NCBI RefSeq assembly: GCF_009914755.1
Contig: NC_060929.1
From: the human T2T-CHM13v2.0 reference genome, Homo sapiens
Strand: one strand, 5' to 3'
Length of the DNA stretch: 64,000 nt
In this document: in pieces, positions 30,075-45,200 of the stretch
How positions within the stretch are numbered: the stretch's first letter is position 1
How the letters are laid out: each line of letters opens with the position of its first letter
The notes under the pieces: generated by a model
Told to the model about the DNA's origin: nothing
The model's input: only the letters and a program-made list of their open reading frames with translations
Databases searched by the model: none
Position numbers and translations under genes: made by a program

Positions 30075-30262
30075 ATGGATTTGAAGCCTGGCTCTGGCAC
30101 TTCCTAACTGTGTGATCTCAGGCAAATTTTCTTTTAGATCTTTGATTTTTCTCTTCCATGAAATGCTAAAATAACAGCACCTTCTTTAAAAGATGACTAT
30201 AAAGATCACATGATGACATTTGCACACTGCCTAGCATATAATATATGCTCAATAAATATTCA
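30075..30262 (+). mobile_element. MIR SINE
   Basis: ctggctctggcacttcctaactgtgtgatctcaggcaa...tgcctagcatata...gctcaataaatatt. Confidence 0.75.
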
Positions 30263-33200
30263 TTTGCCTTAATTGAAAGAAACTAATTCACAAATCAAAT
30301 TCTAGTACTTTCGATACCCTCAGTTCAGTATTTAATTATGTCCTCTGGTGATAATTAGTGATCTAGAGCAATGACCTCAGGCAAAGCACTGGAAATACAG
30401 TTGCATGTGACACCACAGAGGATACAGAGCCCCGTCCTTTGAATTAACCTGGAATCACCGTCAATGAATCCCATATGCTAAAACTGGGCTGGGTTCAAAG
30501 TGACACTCATCTTAGACTCAGTGTAGCTGGAAAAAAAAAATCCTCCTTTCCCCCAACTCTCAAGGGAATTCTTGGAGCCATCTAAGTAAGTCAATGGAAG
30601 AAACAGTAAAGAGAAGACCTTCTTTAGGAATGCAACACTGTATTCATAGAAGAAACAGGACAAAACTGAGAAGACTGAGATATGCAGAGAGAGGAACAGA
30701 GAGACGACAAACAGCTTCTCCTTCTCTCTTTTCTCATTCCTTAGTTGCAATAGTAGGGGCCTGGGAAGATGGGTATGAGAAAGGCTTTGTTTAGATCTTC
30801 CAAGAGAAGAGTTCAGAATGTGAGAAGAGATTTTAACCGCTGTTGGGATGGCTTGATTGGGACTTTTACTCTCCTCTGCTGCTCTAGATGTTTCAAGGTT
30901 CTCACCCTTTTCATATAACACCATTTTTTTTTCTTTATGTCTAGTTTTGGGTTGGGAGAGGAAAAGATCTCACACTTAGTAATCAAAGAGCTGGATTTAT
31001 CAGGGCTTACCACCTATGTGTTATTGGGCAAGTGATTTAATCTCACTGGCCTTAGTTTTCACTCCTAAAATGGAGTTCTACCATGAGACACAAGTACTCT
31101 TGTAAGAATGAAATCATATAATATTTGCAATATAGTCTAGACAACAATATCTCCTAATTTCTATAAAGGTGGTATTGCTATCTGGAATATAAGAGATTTG
31201 TTTTGAAGCTGCATCTGGATACTAAGCAAACTGTTTTTGCTGAGCAGCTAGGTTTATTTGAGGTGTATTTTGGGGTGGGGGGAAGGTGAGGAAGGGAAAT
31301 TGTTGATGGAACATACCACCCTTAGTGGCCACTTGGCCATTTCATATAGAGCAGCTAAATACTTGGCACAGAGTAAGTACTCAATGTGGGCAGCATCTTT
31401 GACACTGGGGTGCCAAAGGAGATAGAAAAGCATAGAGCTGGCTGCTTGGCATGTGACCGAGGCTTAAAGGTGACGAGTAGGTGTGCCCTTCCCTTGTACT
31501 TCTAGGGTTGCCAGCCCAGTCCACCCAGGGAACGGAAACAGGAATAGAAAGGCATATCCCCAGGACAGAAAGGTGCCACTGAAAATAAAACAATGGTGTT
31601 GCCAAGAAAGTACTTATGTTGACAATCTCGGATACAAGGATAGCAAAGGTAACTTCAGTCACAAATTTATGGTCAATCATGAAGATTGGCATTTCGATTG
31701 GAAAAGTTCTTAGGATATAATTTTTTCCATTAAAGCCAGCTGAAAAACAAAGCTGATTTTTCTATGCTGTTGCTACTTACCATTTCATAGTGGCACAACT
31801 CCCACCCCAAACACTGTGGAATTATATTCAGAATAGATTTGTTTATCAGTTCTTCTACCCTATCCATTTTTCAGCAGCTGATTAGTCTCCCTGGGATGTA
31901 GACACATCTCTGATCAACAGCAGCTTGACTCCCATCTTCACATATGCATCCCAATATCCACATTACTCATAATAAATGTGCTTATATATACATATATAGA
32001 TACATTTTTATGCATATATGTTCCCCACATTGTATTCAAAAACACATTCTGAATGGATGTATATATGCACTCATATACATTCAGGAATCCAACTAGATTC
32101 CCAGAGGGGAATGTGGAACACATTGTTAAAATGTCTGTCATCCATGTAAGAGAAACAGAAATGAGCTGGGCATTAAATTTGCATACAGCCCCGAGCACAG
32201 AGGTTCCTGTATGTGCACCGTTCTACTGTTCTTGATGATGGGCATATCTGATAGAAAGATTCTGTCAGGATTAGCTCAGGAAAAACACCCCCAAGGAGAT
32301 AATTTGAAGACATCCTGAGAATTTGCCTCAGTACATGAAAATAAACATGAAACCCTTAGCACTCTCTGCACATTGAAAAGTTCCCACCAACACCCCACCA
32401 CACACCAGGGGATAATCTACTGGAGCTAATTAACACACAGTCATACGCAACGCTGTTAGAAGTGGTTGCCACTTAGGATTGATTTAGTTGCTGCAGTGCT
32501 TAAAAGAGACTTGAGAAGGTTTTTGTGTAAATGTGAGAGGAAAGAAGAGGAAATAAAAGTGTAAAAACAGCTGCAAAATTAAAAGGTGCTAAGGTCTTTT
32601 TTTCCCCCTGTAGACATTAGGGAAACTTATTGAGAGACTATTAGTATTCCAGCAAAGAAAGCTTCTTACTTGATTTTATGTTTCCTTCCACATCAAAATT
32701 ACACACACACATACTGGGTCTATAGATTGTGACTATGAAAAAGGGCATGTTTCACTTCATAAGCAAACAAGCTCTTCATTAAATGCTAACATATGGATTG
32801 TGTCATCTAAAAAACAACAACAATCTTTTCTTGTCTATGTCTCATTTTATTTCATCTTTCTGATTTATTTAGATTTTCAGCAAAGTTATTAATTAGTAAT
32901 ATGTTTGGGGAAAAAATCATCAAGGAACAAAGGGCCACAAGCAATTCCTTCCTCTTATCTTTGCAATATGATAAAGATAGAGCAAATCCAACTATTTTAG
33001 AATGTTCTTCCTCAAAGTGAATGTGATGCATGCTATCTTATGAATAAACAATATATCTACTAATCATGACAGTAGGATATCACAACTGAGTATATAAAGT
33101 GGTTTTAGCAACCTGCTTTTTATTACTGAAACATGATAGAAATAATATAGAAAAGACCATTAGTGAAAACTTTATTAATCAGGCTTTGTGAAAATTTAGA

Positions 33201-34374
33201 GAAGCTGCAATTGATTTTTTGCCCTGATAAAAGGGTTTGCTAAAGAAAATTATAATAACATAAAAAGGATTTCAGGGGACAGAGTATTTGCTTTGGATGT
33301 GAAAACTCTCTTATTTTAACGATACCATTAATATTAAAAACAATGAGAAAACATTCTTGATTCCAAGTGATTCCACTTGGCTATATTATGCTTTCCATTG
33401 GATGAAAGATAAAGCTTATATATAAAAAATTCTATGAAATATATTTTTTATCAGTCTAGACTGGCCTACAAGATAAAATTTAACAAAAATTCATCGACAT
33501 TGACAATTTGCTATACATACAAAGCCCTCTACCACATCCTGAGTAGAATTAACAAATGCAACCTGTTCTCCATCCTTTAAAGGCTCAAACTCAGAAGGGA
33601 AGACAGACACGTTCACAAAGAATTAGGGAATGGCAAACAAGTACAGCTTGAGAATCAACTCTGAACAACTGGTAATGGGTACATAGAGTGGTTTTTTGAG
33701 GATTACAATCGTGTGTATGTGTATAAACACATATGTTGTGATCAGTTTACAATGTCTGCCACAAGAAAGGGCATCAGAGGTGATGGGATGTAGGCGATTT
33801 GTCTGCTAACTCTGGCCTAGAAGATGGAATACATGGGTGGGATAAGAAAGGAGTGTACGTAAGACACAAGGTTAGGAAGTTAGGTTGGGGTTAGATAATA
33901 GGCTTTCCCTCAAGGTTGGTTCTAATTAGTGAGGTTTTATTTTAAACATCTTTCAAAAAAACAATGAATTGTTAACAATGTTTTGGAGGCCATTAGTTGT
34001 GTCTCTTTATAAGAATTTTAGAGTGGTTTATGTAGAAAAGAAGAGCACTAACAAAATAGTCAATACTAAAGCTAAAGACACAAAAGTTCAGAAGTGTCAC
34101 ATAAATGCAAGTAAGAGATTGCTTTGAACTGGACACAATAGTAGAGAAGAGTTCATGGGGTCTGGGAATTTGCAATTTGGGACCAGTGCATCTGAATAAG
34201 GAGAATTGACTGATTTATTAGGTAGAGAGAAAGGTTGTGTTTTTGCAAAAATAATGTAGTTTTTTGTTTTGTTTTTGCTATGTCTCTAAATGTTCCAGTA
34301 GATTAGCTGGAAGCAGCTGCTCAGGCTGTAGAATAGACACCAAGTACCAAAAAGGACTGTGAAAGGACACCCTT

Positions 34375-34700
34375 GGCCGGGTGCGGTGGCTCATGCCTGT
34401 AATCTCAACACTTTGGGAGGCAGAGGCGGATGGATCACCTGCGGTCAGGAGTTCTTGACCAGCCTGACTAACATGGTGAAACCCTGTCTCTACTAAAAAT
34501 ACAAAACTTAGCAGGGTGTAGTGGCGGATGCCTGTAATCCCAGCTACTTGGGAGGCTGAGGCAGGAGAATCACTTGAAGGCAGAGGCAAAGGTTGCAGTG
34601 AGCCGAGATCGCGCCATTGCACTCCAGCCTGGGCGACAGAGTGAGACTCTGTCTCAAAAAAAAAAAAAAAAAAAAAAAAAGAAAAGAAAAAGAAAAAAAG
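34375..34700 (+). mobile_element. AluS (AluSx-like)
   Basis: ggccgggtgcggtggctcatgcc...ggatcacctgcggtcaggagtt with a long A-tail. Confidence 0.95.
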
Positions 34701-35497
34701 AAAGGCAGCCACCCTCCTCTTATATTTTATTTCAGTGATGGGAACTGACAAGGCTTTCCATTTTCATTCTTTAAAAGAAGGAGTTGGAGAGTTAAGGAAA
34801 TTTACATTTTTTTCAACAAACGTGGACATTTCATTTGTATTCATTTTATTAATTTACTTCTACAGCTACACTCATCCACTCTAAGAGTAATAAAACCTGT
34901 GAGTGCTCCTTTAAGAGCCTGCTTTTCTTTCTGGGCTTGTGGAGGTAGAGAGTCATGCAGGAGGCAATGAAAGAGTAAGAAGGAATGAAGGGCATCAGGA
35001 TGTCAGCCTCAACGGAACCCAGCAGCTCCCCAACTGCTGGCTGTAGGAACACTTTTCTGAACCTCTTGCACTCACAAGTTTTACTTTATATTGATGATTT
35101 TCTAAAAATAGATCTTCACTATTTCTTTCCCTTCCTCCCACACCAATTTCTGGTTTCTTTTTTCCATCTTTTGAGACTGTCTCCTTCTCTTTTTTTCTTT
35201 TCCTTCCCTCTCTTTATTCTGTTTTTCCTTTTCCAATTTGCTATACATTCTTTCCTGGAAGAAACCCAGTAGGCCCTCTAGTTTGACTTCACATTAGAAT
35301 AACCTGAGGGCACAAAAACAAAAATTGACAAATAGAACTTGATTAAACTAAAGAGCTTCTGCACAACAAAACAAACTATCAACAGAATAAACAGACAACG
35401 TACAGAATGGTAGAAAATATTTGCAAACTATATATCTGACAAAAGATCGAATATCCAGAATCTATAAGGAACTTAAATATATAAGCAAAAAGCAACC

Positions 35498-35855
35498 TGT
35501 ATTAGTCCATATTCATACTGCTATGAAGATATACCCAAGACTGGGTAGTTTATAAAGAAAAAGAGGTTTAATGGACTGAAAGTTCCACACTGCTAGGGAG
35601 GCCTCACAATCATGGTAGAAGGTGAAGGAAGAGCAACGTCACATCTTACGTGGCAGCAGGCAAAAGAGCGTGTGCAGAGAAACTGCCCTTTATAAAACCA
35701 TCAGATCTTGTGACACTTATTCACTATCACGAGGACACCATGGGAAAACCGGGCCCCATGATTCAATTACTTCCCACTGTCTCCAAGACACGTGGGGATT
35801 ATGGGAGCTACAATTTAAGATGAGATTTGTGTGGGGACACAGCAAAACCATATCA
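35498..35855 (-). mobile_element. THE1 (THE1C/D-like) solo LTR, ERVL-MaLR
   Basis: TG...CA termini tgtattagtcc...aaaccatatca, 358 bp, 5-bp TSD CAACC. Confidence 0.92.
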
Positions 35856-35887
35856 CAACCAGATTAAAAAGTGGGCAAAGGACATGA

Positions 35888-36208
<321 letters not shown>

Positions 36209-37034
36209 GCAAACAGACACTTTTTAAAAGCATGTGGCCAAGAAGCATATGAGAAAATGCTCAACATCACTAATCATTAGAGAAATGCAAATCAAAACCA
36301 CAGTGAGATACCATCTCACACCAGTCAGAATGGCTATTACTGAAAAGTCAAAAAATAACAGATGCTGGTTAGGTTGTGGAGGAAAGGGAATGCTTATATA
36401 CTGCTGGTGGGAGTGTAAATTAGTTCAGCTATCATGGAAAGCAGTGTGGCAATTCCTCAAAGAACTTAAAACAGAATTGCTATTCGGCCCAGTAATCCCA
36501 CTATTGGGTATATACCCAAAGAAATATAAATCATTCTATCATAGAGACATATGCACATGTATGCTCATTGCAGCACTGTTTACAATAGCAAAGACATGGA
36601 ATCAACCTAAATGCCCATCAACAGTAGACTGGATAAAGAAAATATAGTACATACACAGCATGGAATACTACGCATCCATACAAAGAATGAGATCAGGTCC
36701 TCTGAAGCAACATGGATGGAGCTGGAGGCCATTATCCTCAGCAAACTAACAAAGAAACAAAAAAAACAAGCACCACATGTTCTCACTTATAAGTGGGAGC
36801 TGAACAACAAGAACACATGGACACAGGGAGGGAAACAACACACACTGGGGCCTATGTGAAAATGGAGAATAGGAGGAGCGAAAGGATCAGAAAAAATACC
36901 TATCAGGTGCTATGCTTACAACCTGGGTAATGGAATTATCTGTATACCAAAACCCTGTGACATGCAGTTTACCTATAATAACAAACCTACACGTCACCCT
37001 AAACATAAACGTTTTTTAAAAAAGAATAACCTGA

Positions 37035-37169
37035 AGAGAGTTGGATTTGAGTCACCATGCCTCTGCCCTATCCAAGACCAATTAAACCGGAATCATTGAG
37101 GGGCAGACACTGCATTCTCTGTGTGTGTCTCTGGTATGTGTGTGTCTCCGTACATGTGTGTCTCTGTGT

Positions 37170-37202
<33 letters not shown>

Positions 37203-37585
37203 GTCTTCTAAAGCACCCTTGATAATTCAAATGAGCATCCAGTAGAGTGAACAGTGGTTCTCAAAATATGTTCCATGGACCAGCATCAGCAGCATCACTT
37301 GAAAGCTTGTTAGAAATGCAAACAATTCCCATTCCCACCCTACAGCATCAGAAAACTTGGGAAGCAGGGCCCAGATTTCTGTGCTCCTAAGAGCATTCCA
37401 GGTGATTCTGAATCATGCTAAAATTTGCGAACCTATGTGTTAGACCTCTGACATTTTGTTTTCTAATAAAACAGCATCAGCATCACCTAGAAACTTTACC
37501 CTTCTCCTACTGAATTACACTCTGCCTTGTAACAGGATCCCCAGGTGATATGTATGTACATCAAAGGCTGAGAAGCACTGTTCTA
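37035..37585. mobile_element. Cluster of MER5 (hAT-Charlie) MITEs with a (TG)n tract at ~37121-37202
   Basis: cagtggttctcaaa...catcagcagcatcacttgaaagcttgttagaaatgca and ccccaggtgat...gagaagcactg. The first copy starts at ~35267, left of the L1. Confidence 0.75.
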
Positions 37586-38001
37586 AGAACTTATTCAGAG
37601 TTCCATGCGCTCTGCCAAGCAGCTGGCTCTTACGTTCTGACTAATCAATGCAACAATTATTCGTTTCTCAGAAGTGGAACACATTTATTCTTTTAGCTGT
37701 TAAAAAAGAGACAAAGTTGATCTTCCTATGCAGTACCTGCTCTAAGTCTTTTTCTATACTTCTGTTTCTAAGAGTATTTCTACATCTCCCGAGAAAATGA
37801 AAAAATAAAAGGTCAAATTTCCGATGTTTTACTTAGCTCTGAGACGTATCTATCTCAGTTCTCTGGAAATGGGATCTCTGAGGCTTGACAGAGAACAAAG
37901 ATGGATTCTTTGCCTTTTGTCTGTCTCCCACACAAAAGAAGGGATCTGGGGAGATGTAGGAGGGGGTAAAAATCTTTATTGATCATATTAAGAAGCAGCA
38001 A

Positions 38002-38003
<2 letters not shown>

Positions 38004-38060
<57 letters not shown>
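38004..38060. repeat. (TG)n(TA)n microsatellite
   Basis: Directly visible. Confidence 0.95.
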
Positions 38061-38064
<4 letters not shown>

Positions 38065-39041
38065 TGGGGGTGTAAATTTGAGAGAGAGGGAAATATCCCC
38101 ACCAAATCAAGTTCATCACCCCTCAGTGTCAATTCCTGTTGTGAGGATGCCCCAGATGTTTCTGTAACAGAGGAAACTCTGTTACTTCTTACGATTATCT
38201 AAAACTATGAGAACCAGTGTAATGGCAAAAGATCACAAACCCACCTGCTCAAGCACCTGTTTTCCACTCTTCTGTTTTCATCTGCAACTTCAGCGTCATT
38301 TAGCTCAGATAAGACTGATCTCTTGAGACTGCAGGTCCTTCACCTGCTTGGTATCCTCCTAAGCCTTGGTTTGGGGAGGGGGTGGTGAGCAGGTGGAGAG
38401 GAGGGCTGACAGATGATCTACATTTGTAGCTAATAGAAAGAACATTTTCAGAGTTGAAAAGAGCAAACTAAAAAAATAATGATCTAAAACTATTCCTGAA
38501 TCTGATTATAACCAACATGTAAATCAGCTACACTTAATAAAGGAATATGTCATTGAGTTTTATCACCAGAATGTCTTGTAAAAATAAATATCTAAAATCA
38601 AATGTGTAACATTAAGAAATAAAGAAGCGTCTTTCCCCATTAAAGTTAGCTTTCTTGTCACAGTGTCTGCCAGACTCTTCAAAACCTCCAAGTCACTCAA
38701 GTTACTTATTTCTGAGCTTTCCCCTTACCCTACAGCCTTGGGGGTCACCCTCCGAGAAAATGCCTTCTCTATCTAACCACTTAAGATGTGAATATTTGTT
38801 GTGAGCCAGCTGCAGCTTTAATAACTACTGATCCATGGAATCAAAGCCTACTTACTCCTCACAAACAATAAGCTCTTCTTGTTCCTGAAATTGCACTCTG
38901 TAACTTTCACAGGTATTATAAGAAGTAGGCATGACGGGTTCCAAATGCAATAACAGACATAAGTTCCTTATGATGATTGAATTAATTTCAAATTTCAGAA
39001 AAGTAATTAGTTGAAGTTTTATTGACAAAGGTGGTTGCTGA

Positions 39042-39254
39042 TGACATACAATTTCTTGAACTGTGGGATAATTTCTGCAAAATAAGATGCACTGTATTGC
39101 TAATTTATTGGCAATAAATAAAACACTTTATTTTACAATTAAATAATTTATCTTAATATTTATTTATTGCCAATAAATAATCTGTCAGTAAATTAGTAAT
39201 ACAGTGCATCTTATTTTGTAGAAATTATCCCACTGTTCAAGAAATTGTATGTCA
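39042..39254. repeat. Long nested inverted repeat: 72-bp arms plus an inner 20-bp perfect IR
   Basis: 39042-39113 versus the reverse complement of 39183-39254 is 67/72 identical. 39103-39122 versus 39159-39178 is 20/20. Confidence 0.93.
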
Positions 39255-42200
39255 ACACCTGAAACTTAAAATACTAACAATTTGAAATATGTTGACATAG
39301 TTTTGATAAAAGGTTAGTTCCTTTCCCTCTTATTAGTATAATTTAATATAAAATATGATCTTCCATATTAAAAAATACAATCATTCAGAAACAATTTGTT
39401 CAAAGGATTCCTGAAATAAACAAGGCTCAATTTTCTAAAAATCCAGTGGGTTCTTTGGTAGCAAACGAATATATGCAGGAATGGGAGTTTATAATTTTTT
39501 TGAACTCCACAAAAATATAATGGAATTAGACACTCATCGGTGTGAATTAAAATATATTGATAGGATTTTAGTGTAATTAAAATCTATTTCCTTCTTTAGT
39601 AACATATGATTATAATAAAATATAAACTTTTTCATAGGTACTTTATTAATTGGTATTTCAATAGTAATAACACGTTAATAGAACAAAACAGATACTTTAT
39701 TCTGGAAGTGACTATTATTTGGGTGCTAATTAGACCTTTTCTAGTAGGACTAATGAATAAATATGTGCCGTTTATTTCTTCTGCCTAAAATGTTTGTTTA
39801 CCATTGTTTACCATCTAACTCCTATTCATCCTCTAGGGCCCAGCTCAAGTGTCTCCTCTCCTCTGTAGCCTGCCTCCATCTCTGTCTCACAGGGGGCAGG
39901 TAGTAAGCAATTTAGCGTCCCAATCTAGAGCAGTGCCTGGCAGCTGAGTAGGTACACGGTCGATGGGGTTAAAGGAAAGAATGAAGGAACAAAAGTGGAT
40001 CAAAATTGGACAGATAGCCATGTTAACAAAAAGAGGACCAGCTTTCTGAAATACATCAAAAGTTATAGTCCTAAAAACATGTACTATTTTCAACCCATGA
40101 ATTAGAAATAAAGGTGCTTTTTGGTATGGAACACAGGCTCTGCAATTGTTTAATACAATGCTGTCAATAATTCCAAAAAACTGCTGCAAAAAAAAGAAGG
40201 AAATTCTTTGCCATTTAAAAAATACATAAGCAATGGCACTTTGCAGTAATTATTTGAATATAACTAGTCACAAAAACAATGCTGGTCCTTTTGGCTTTTA
40301 ATTATTCTTCACAGAAGTAAGATTAAATAGGTCTAAGCTGGCAAAGGATCTGAGATGGTAACAGCATGACCTCATTGCATGTGAGAGGGTAACTGACTTC
40401 AGAAGCACGGCTTTTGTAATCTTTGCTACATAAGTACTAAAATGTTATTCTCTATTTTAGAAGATTTGTGGATTAAAAAATAAATCCGAATGGCTGTATG
40501 AGAAACAAAGCATTACATTTCAGAAAGAGGCCTCATGATTTTCAAGATTCCAGGGTATGCACCCAACCGTTCTGCGGTCTCCCACCTATATGGGGTCACA
40601 ATGCAAAGTAAAGTCACCTCTGAGCAAAATCGTGAACTTTAAGGCCCAAAAACTGCATAAGTAATCGGTAGGCTACAAAGATCACAGACCATCATCAAAG
40701 TCTGGAATTTATGCAAATAACACTGCTTACATTTAACAGATCTGTAATGGTGTAAGCTTTTCCACTGCAAGCGAGTAAATGGAGAGCTTCTGTGGTGCAA
40801 GATTGCTACCTACAGGCTAAACTGCAGAATGACATACAAGACAATTAGCATGGAGGGGGAAAATAGGTAAACAATTTTATATAATGGCATGTAAGTTATT
40901 TACTGACAAGTAGCTAAGCCCGGGAACATGTAAAGACTGCACACTGCACACTGGGACATGGATTGACAGCTTTTGTTTTAAAACTACAATCTAGTTTCAG
41001 AGTTTTGCATTGTTTCCCTCTTTATCTTTTGAAGGTTTCTTTTCTTTCTGAATAATGTACATTGCTTTTCTGAAGGGGAAACGTTTCTCTCTCAATAATG
41101 TATTATAATACCTCTAAATCTCTGCAGATTCTCCATATAAATTCTACATAGAACTAATACTGATAATTTTAATTGTTTTTGGTAGAGTGATCAATCACAA
41201 AATTTGGAATTAGTTTCCGTGGTTTGAACAAACCTTGTGGGGGAAGGGTACAGTGTATACTACATAATCCCTGACTCCACATAGCTTTCAAAATTTATTT
41301 GTTCAGAACTATCTACATTCAATATTTAGAGTAATTTAGAGGTAATATATTTTTAAACTATTTCTTCTTTAAGAAAATATTGAATACTTCAGTTCAGAAG
41401 CACAGATACTAGTCCATCTTACAATAAAGGAATCTGATTTTCACTGGCAAAAATACATCGAATTAACACTGAATTCTCACTAATCTATAAAACAGCCCAC
41501 ATTTTATGAAATATGCTGAGTCAGTTTAAAAATGCAGATCTTTAAAACTATAAGGCAAGTTATTAGAAATGCATTTTCCCTTCAATTATAAAGAAATTCC
41601 AACTCTAAAGAGAGTAGGTTTCAAAACTGAATAATATATTATGGTTAAAACACATCAACAATCTGTCACTCCATATGCACAAATAAACATATCCCACTAT
41701 CACTGCACATGCCACAAATGAGGCCAACACAACATCTGAAAAGGTAGAGCAAATTCTTCTTCACAGTGTTAGAGATGCTAAATCACACTGGCAACATTTT
41801 TAAAGGCATGCATAAAGGAAAGTTACCCATCTTTAATATTGCTATTTATACAGTTTAAACATTCTGTTTGCCTATCTGATAAAGATGTTCCACACATCCT
41901 TAATTTTAAACACAATTTAGCACATGCTCAGGTTGCATAAGGAAAGAATACTATTCTTCTACTTGATTTTCGTTTTGAATAATAAACCTTTTAATTATAT
42001 TTTTGATATATTTAGAAGAATCTTAGATGAAATTCAGTTAAAGAGGTCACACATAACAAAATCGTCAAAGAAAAGGCATTTATTAGAAATAAATATGCGA
42101 GTTTATTCTGATTTATAGACAACTGTACATTGTTCAGCATTTCCCTCAACTGAAGTATGAATTTGAAGCAATTAGGTGATGTAATAAATGTGTGTAATAG

Positions 42201-45200
42201 AATCCATATGTTTAGAAGTAGGAGTGAAGGTATTAACCTACAGGTGTTTTCTTTCCCTACTATTGCAGTCTCATGAAGAGTAAATGTTTTATATATGGTG
42301 TTTAATTGTACATATCATAATATAATTAGGCAATGATTAATGATCTTAATTTTATTTTAATTAAGGAGGTGATCTTTTTCATAGAAATGGTTCTCTATAA
42401 TTAAATTGTTCAGCCAAAATTTTAAGAAAGATTGAAAAAAGTACAATATAATTTGTAAAAGCAGATTCATAGTTGAAACTTTGAAAAGCAGATTTTAAAG
42501 TTTTCTGTGAAATTAATATTTAATTCATCTAAAAATACTTTTGTTCCCATATAGTTCTGAGTAAATTATATTGTTACTTTTCCAATGGATTCATATTTTG
42601 TTCAGTCAGTAAAACTGTGAACAGAATTAGTGAAAATGTTTAGAGTGTGTGAGAGAATTATTAATTAAGGGTAAAAAGTTTTTTATATTGCCCTCTTAGG
42701 CAACAGAGATTTTAAAGACCTTATTATTATTTACCTGGGGCAAATAAATTCATGTGTAGCCCTTAATTCTACCCATAGCATAATTATAAACCATAACAAG
42801 GGGTAAGAATTTTCCTACTGCATTTTAGATGTTTTAGGAACAAAATATAAAACTGAATAAGAAAAAAATTGTATTATAGTTGGTGGATACTTATCCTAAG
42901 GCTATCTATCAAAATCAATGAAAATTATTGACTGTGAAAAATAGTGTCATTATTCTGTTGGCGTAATTTTAATGCTCATAGCAAGGTATTGGGAAAATTG
43001 CCCATATATGTAACAAAACTATTTTTCTTAGCTTGCAGACTATATTTAACATTTTTAAAATGTATCTATTTTTGTTGTTCTCATGCTAAATATGAACAAT
43101 TCCTAAAACTAAATTCCTATTATCAGTATGAATTCTAGACCTATCAGGTCTCTTTCTAGCAAGGGATGTTACTTTTATCTTTGTTACATTCTCTGCAAAA
43201 CTTATTGGTAACATACTTTCAGAAAATGCCAGGCAATAAACCACACTAAAATAATTTTCTTTATAAAAGTTTCGTGATCTTTGGCATTGTTCACTATTTT
43301 CAAAGCCATAAAAGAACAGATAACAAATATATGACTCACAAATTATCAATTATGAAAAATAATCTGGTTCAGAAAGCTGCAGTAATGTAAAAAGATGGAT
43401 CACTTGTCACAAACCAATAAAGGCTATTGTTTGTGAATCCAATATTTGATTTTATCATTTATGTTGGGCAACTTAAAATGATTTTTAAACCACATTACTT
43501 TTGGGAAAAAAAAATTGTTATAAAGGTGAACACGAGGGTTGTGGGTAGGTAGGGCGGGGGAGAGAAACCAGTTGTAATCTGTCATCCTTGAAACAATTTA
43601 TATTCTTACATTGAATTCAGCCTACAAATCTAAATCACAAAGACTTGGTCAGCAAGGATGGATGCATTAGAAAGGACTCTCCTGTGTTCCAGAGAATGGA
43701 CAGTGGCAGGAATGTTAGTATGGCTTTGATTTTATCCTTTCTTTTCATGTGCTATTCTGATGGCTGAAAATTTGCAGCTATGATGTTTCATTATGCAGAC
43801 AAGGTTCAACTGTGTGTTTTTAAGCCAAGTGTGGCTTGTTACACTTCTTAGGCAGGTAGCTGCTTTTGCTTACTTTGTATTGCATAGAGAAAGGTGCAAT
43901 GAGGTTACCCAGCTCAGAAAACCCTTCTGACAAATTCTCATCCAGGTTGTTTCATATTTATCATCTTATAATGAAGGAAGAGGTACAGTTCTCATCAAGA
44001 AGGACACCACTGTGAGTGGCTAGGAACAGAAATTTCCTACCTGGTGTTATCTGAGGGCTACTCTACTGCTCTACTTGCTCTCTGATATCTCAATTAAAAC
44101 CTTTTACACCTGCTTGTACATAAGAACTTGGATGCCTAAGGAAATGAGAAATACTCTGTCCACAAGGCCAGTGATAAAATGTGCACATGCTATTTAGGGG
44201 TGGCCTTATTCCCGCCTCTGGATAACAGATATGATCATCAGATTATCTAGCTGACAGCCTGAAAGTTGCAGGGACAGGTGAGTTTCAGTGGACATGAAAT
44301 GTGGTAGACACAGGCAGATGGTGGCAGGGACCATCATGCAGATAGTGGAGGTAATATCAGAATAAGGACATGCCCAGACAGGTGTCTGGGAGGTGGACTG
44401 GAGGAAGATGAAGATGGGATGGGTTTAAGGATAGAAAAGTAGTCACATTCTAGAGACACTTCATCTGTTGCATAATGGGCCTTTACCATAGATTATTTCT
44501 CCCTCCTTACTCAGTAAAGAAACACTAGACATTATGAAATAAACAAAAGAAAGGAGAGCCCCAGGGCCTAGTTATATACGCCAAAACACAGTAAGAAAAA
44601 TTAAATGTTAAAACCTGGATCAACCTCTAACAGCTTGTTTGAGGTACGGGTCATGAATTTTGCTTGAGGTGGGGATCATGAATGTTCTTGGAAATATTCC
44701 TACTTAGAGTCTGACAAGAAGTGAAAATGAGGTTGGGGAATGGAATAATTGAGTAACTATTCAATTATGGCAACTGCTGGCTAATGAAGACCTATTACAA
44801 CCAAGTTTTTAATAGAAAATGTGCTAATTGACTAGGTTGGAACTTAGAACAAGCATATGGCTAAGATGTTTGATTACCTAGTCTGGTTCCATGTCAGTGA
44901 TCAACTATAACACTGTAAAAATGAGTGTTTCTATGACAATTACCGAGCTCGCTGACTAAGGAGTAGGTGACCAACTTGAGGGATGAGTTTCTCCAATAAA
45001 TAAATAAAAATATATGACCCATTAGTCCCCATACTGTGTGATCCGGAGGCTCATCAGGGTAAGTATGCTTTTTCTACTCCCTTACTCAAAACATTCATCT
45101 TACTTTCAGCATTGGCAAAGCTTAAATCAAATTCTTATGCAAATAATATTTCATAGGATTTATTTTTTAATTGGAAAGAGTATATAAAGCTATGAATCTG

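Noticed and set aside
42456-42496. Direct repeat aaaagcagatt
   Set aside because: Only 11 bp in AT-rich DNA; compatible with chance or a micro-duplication.
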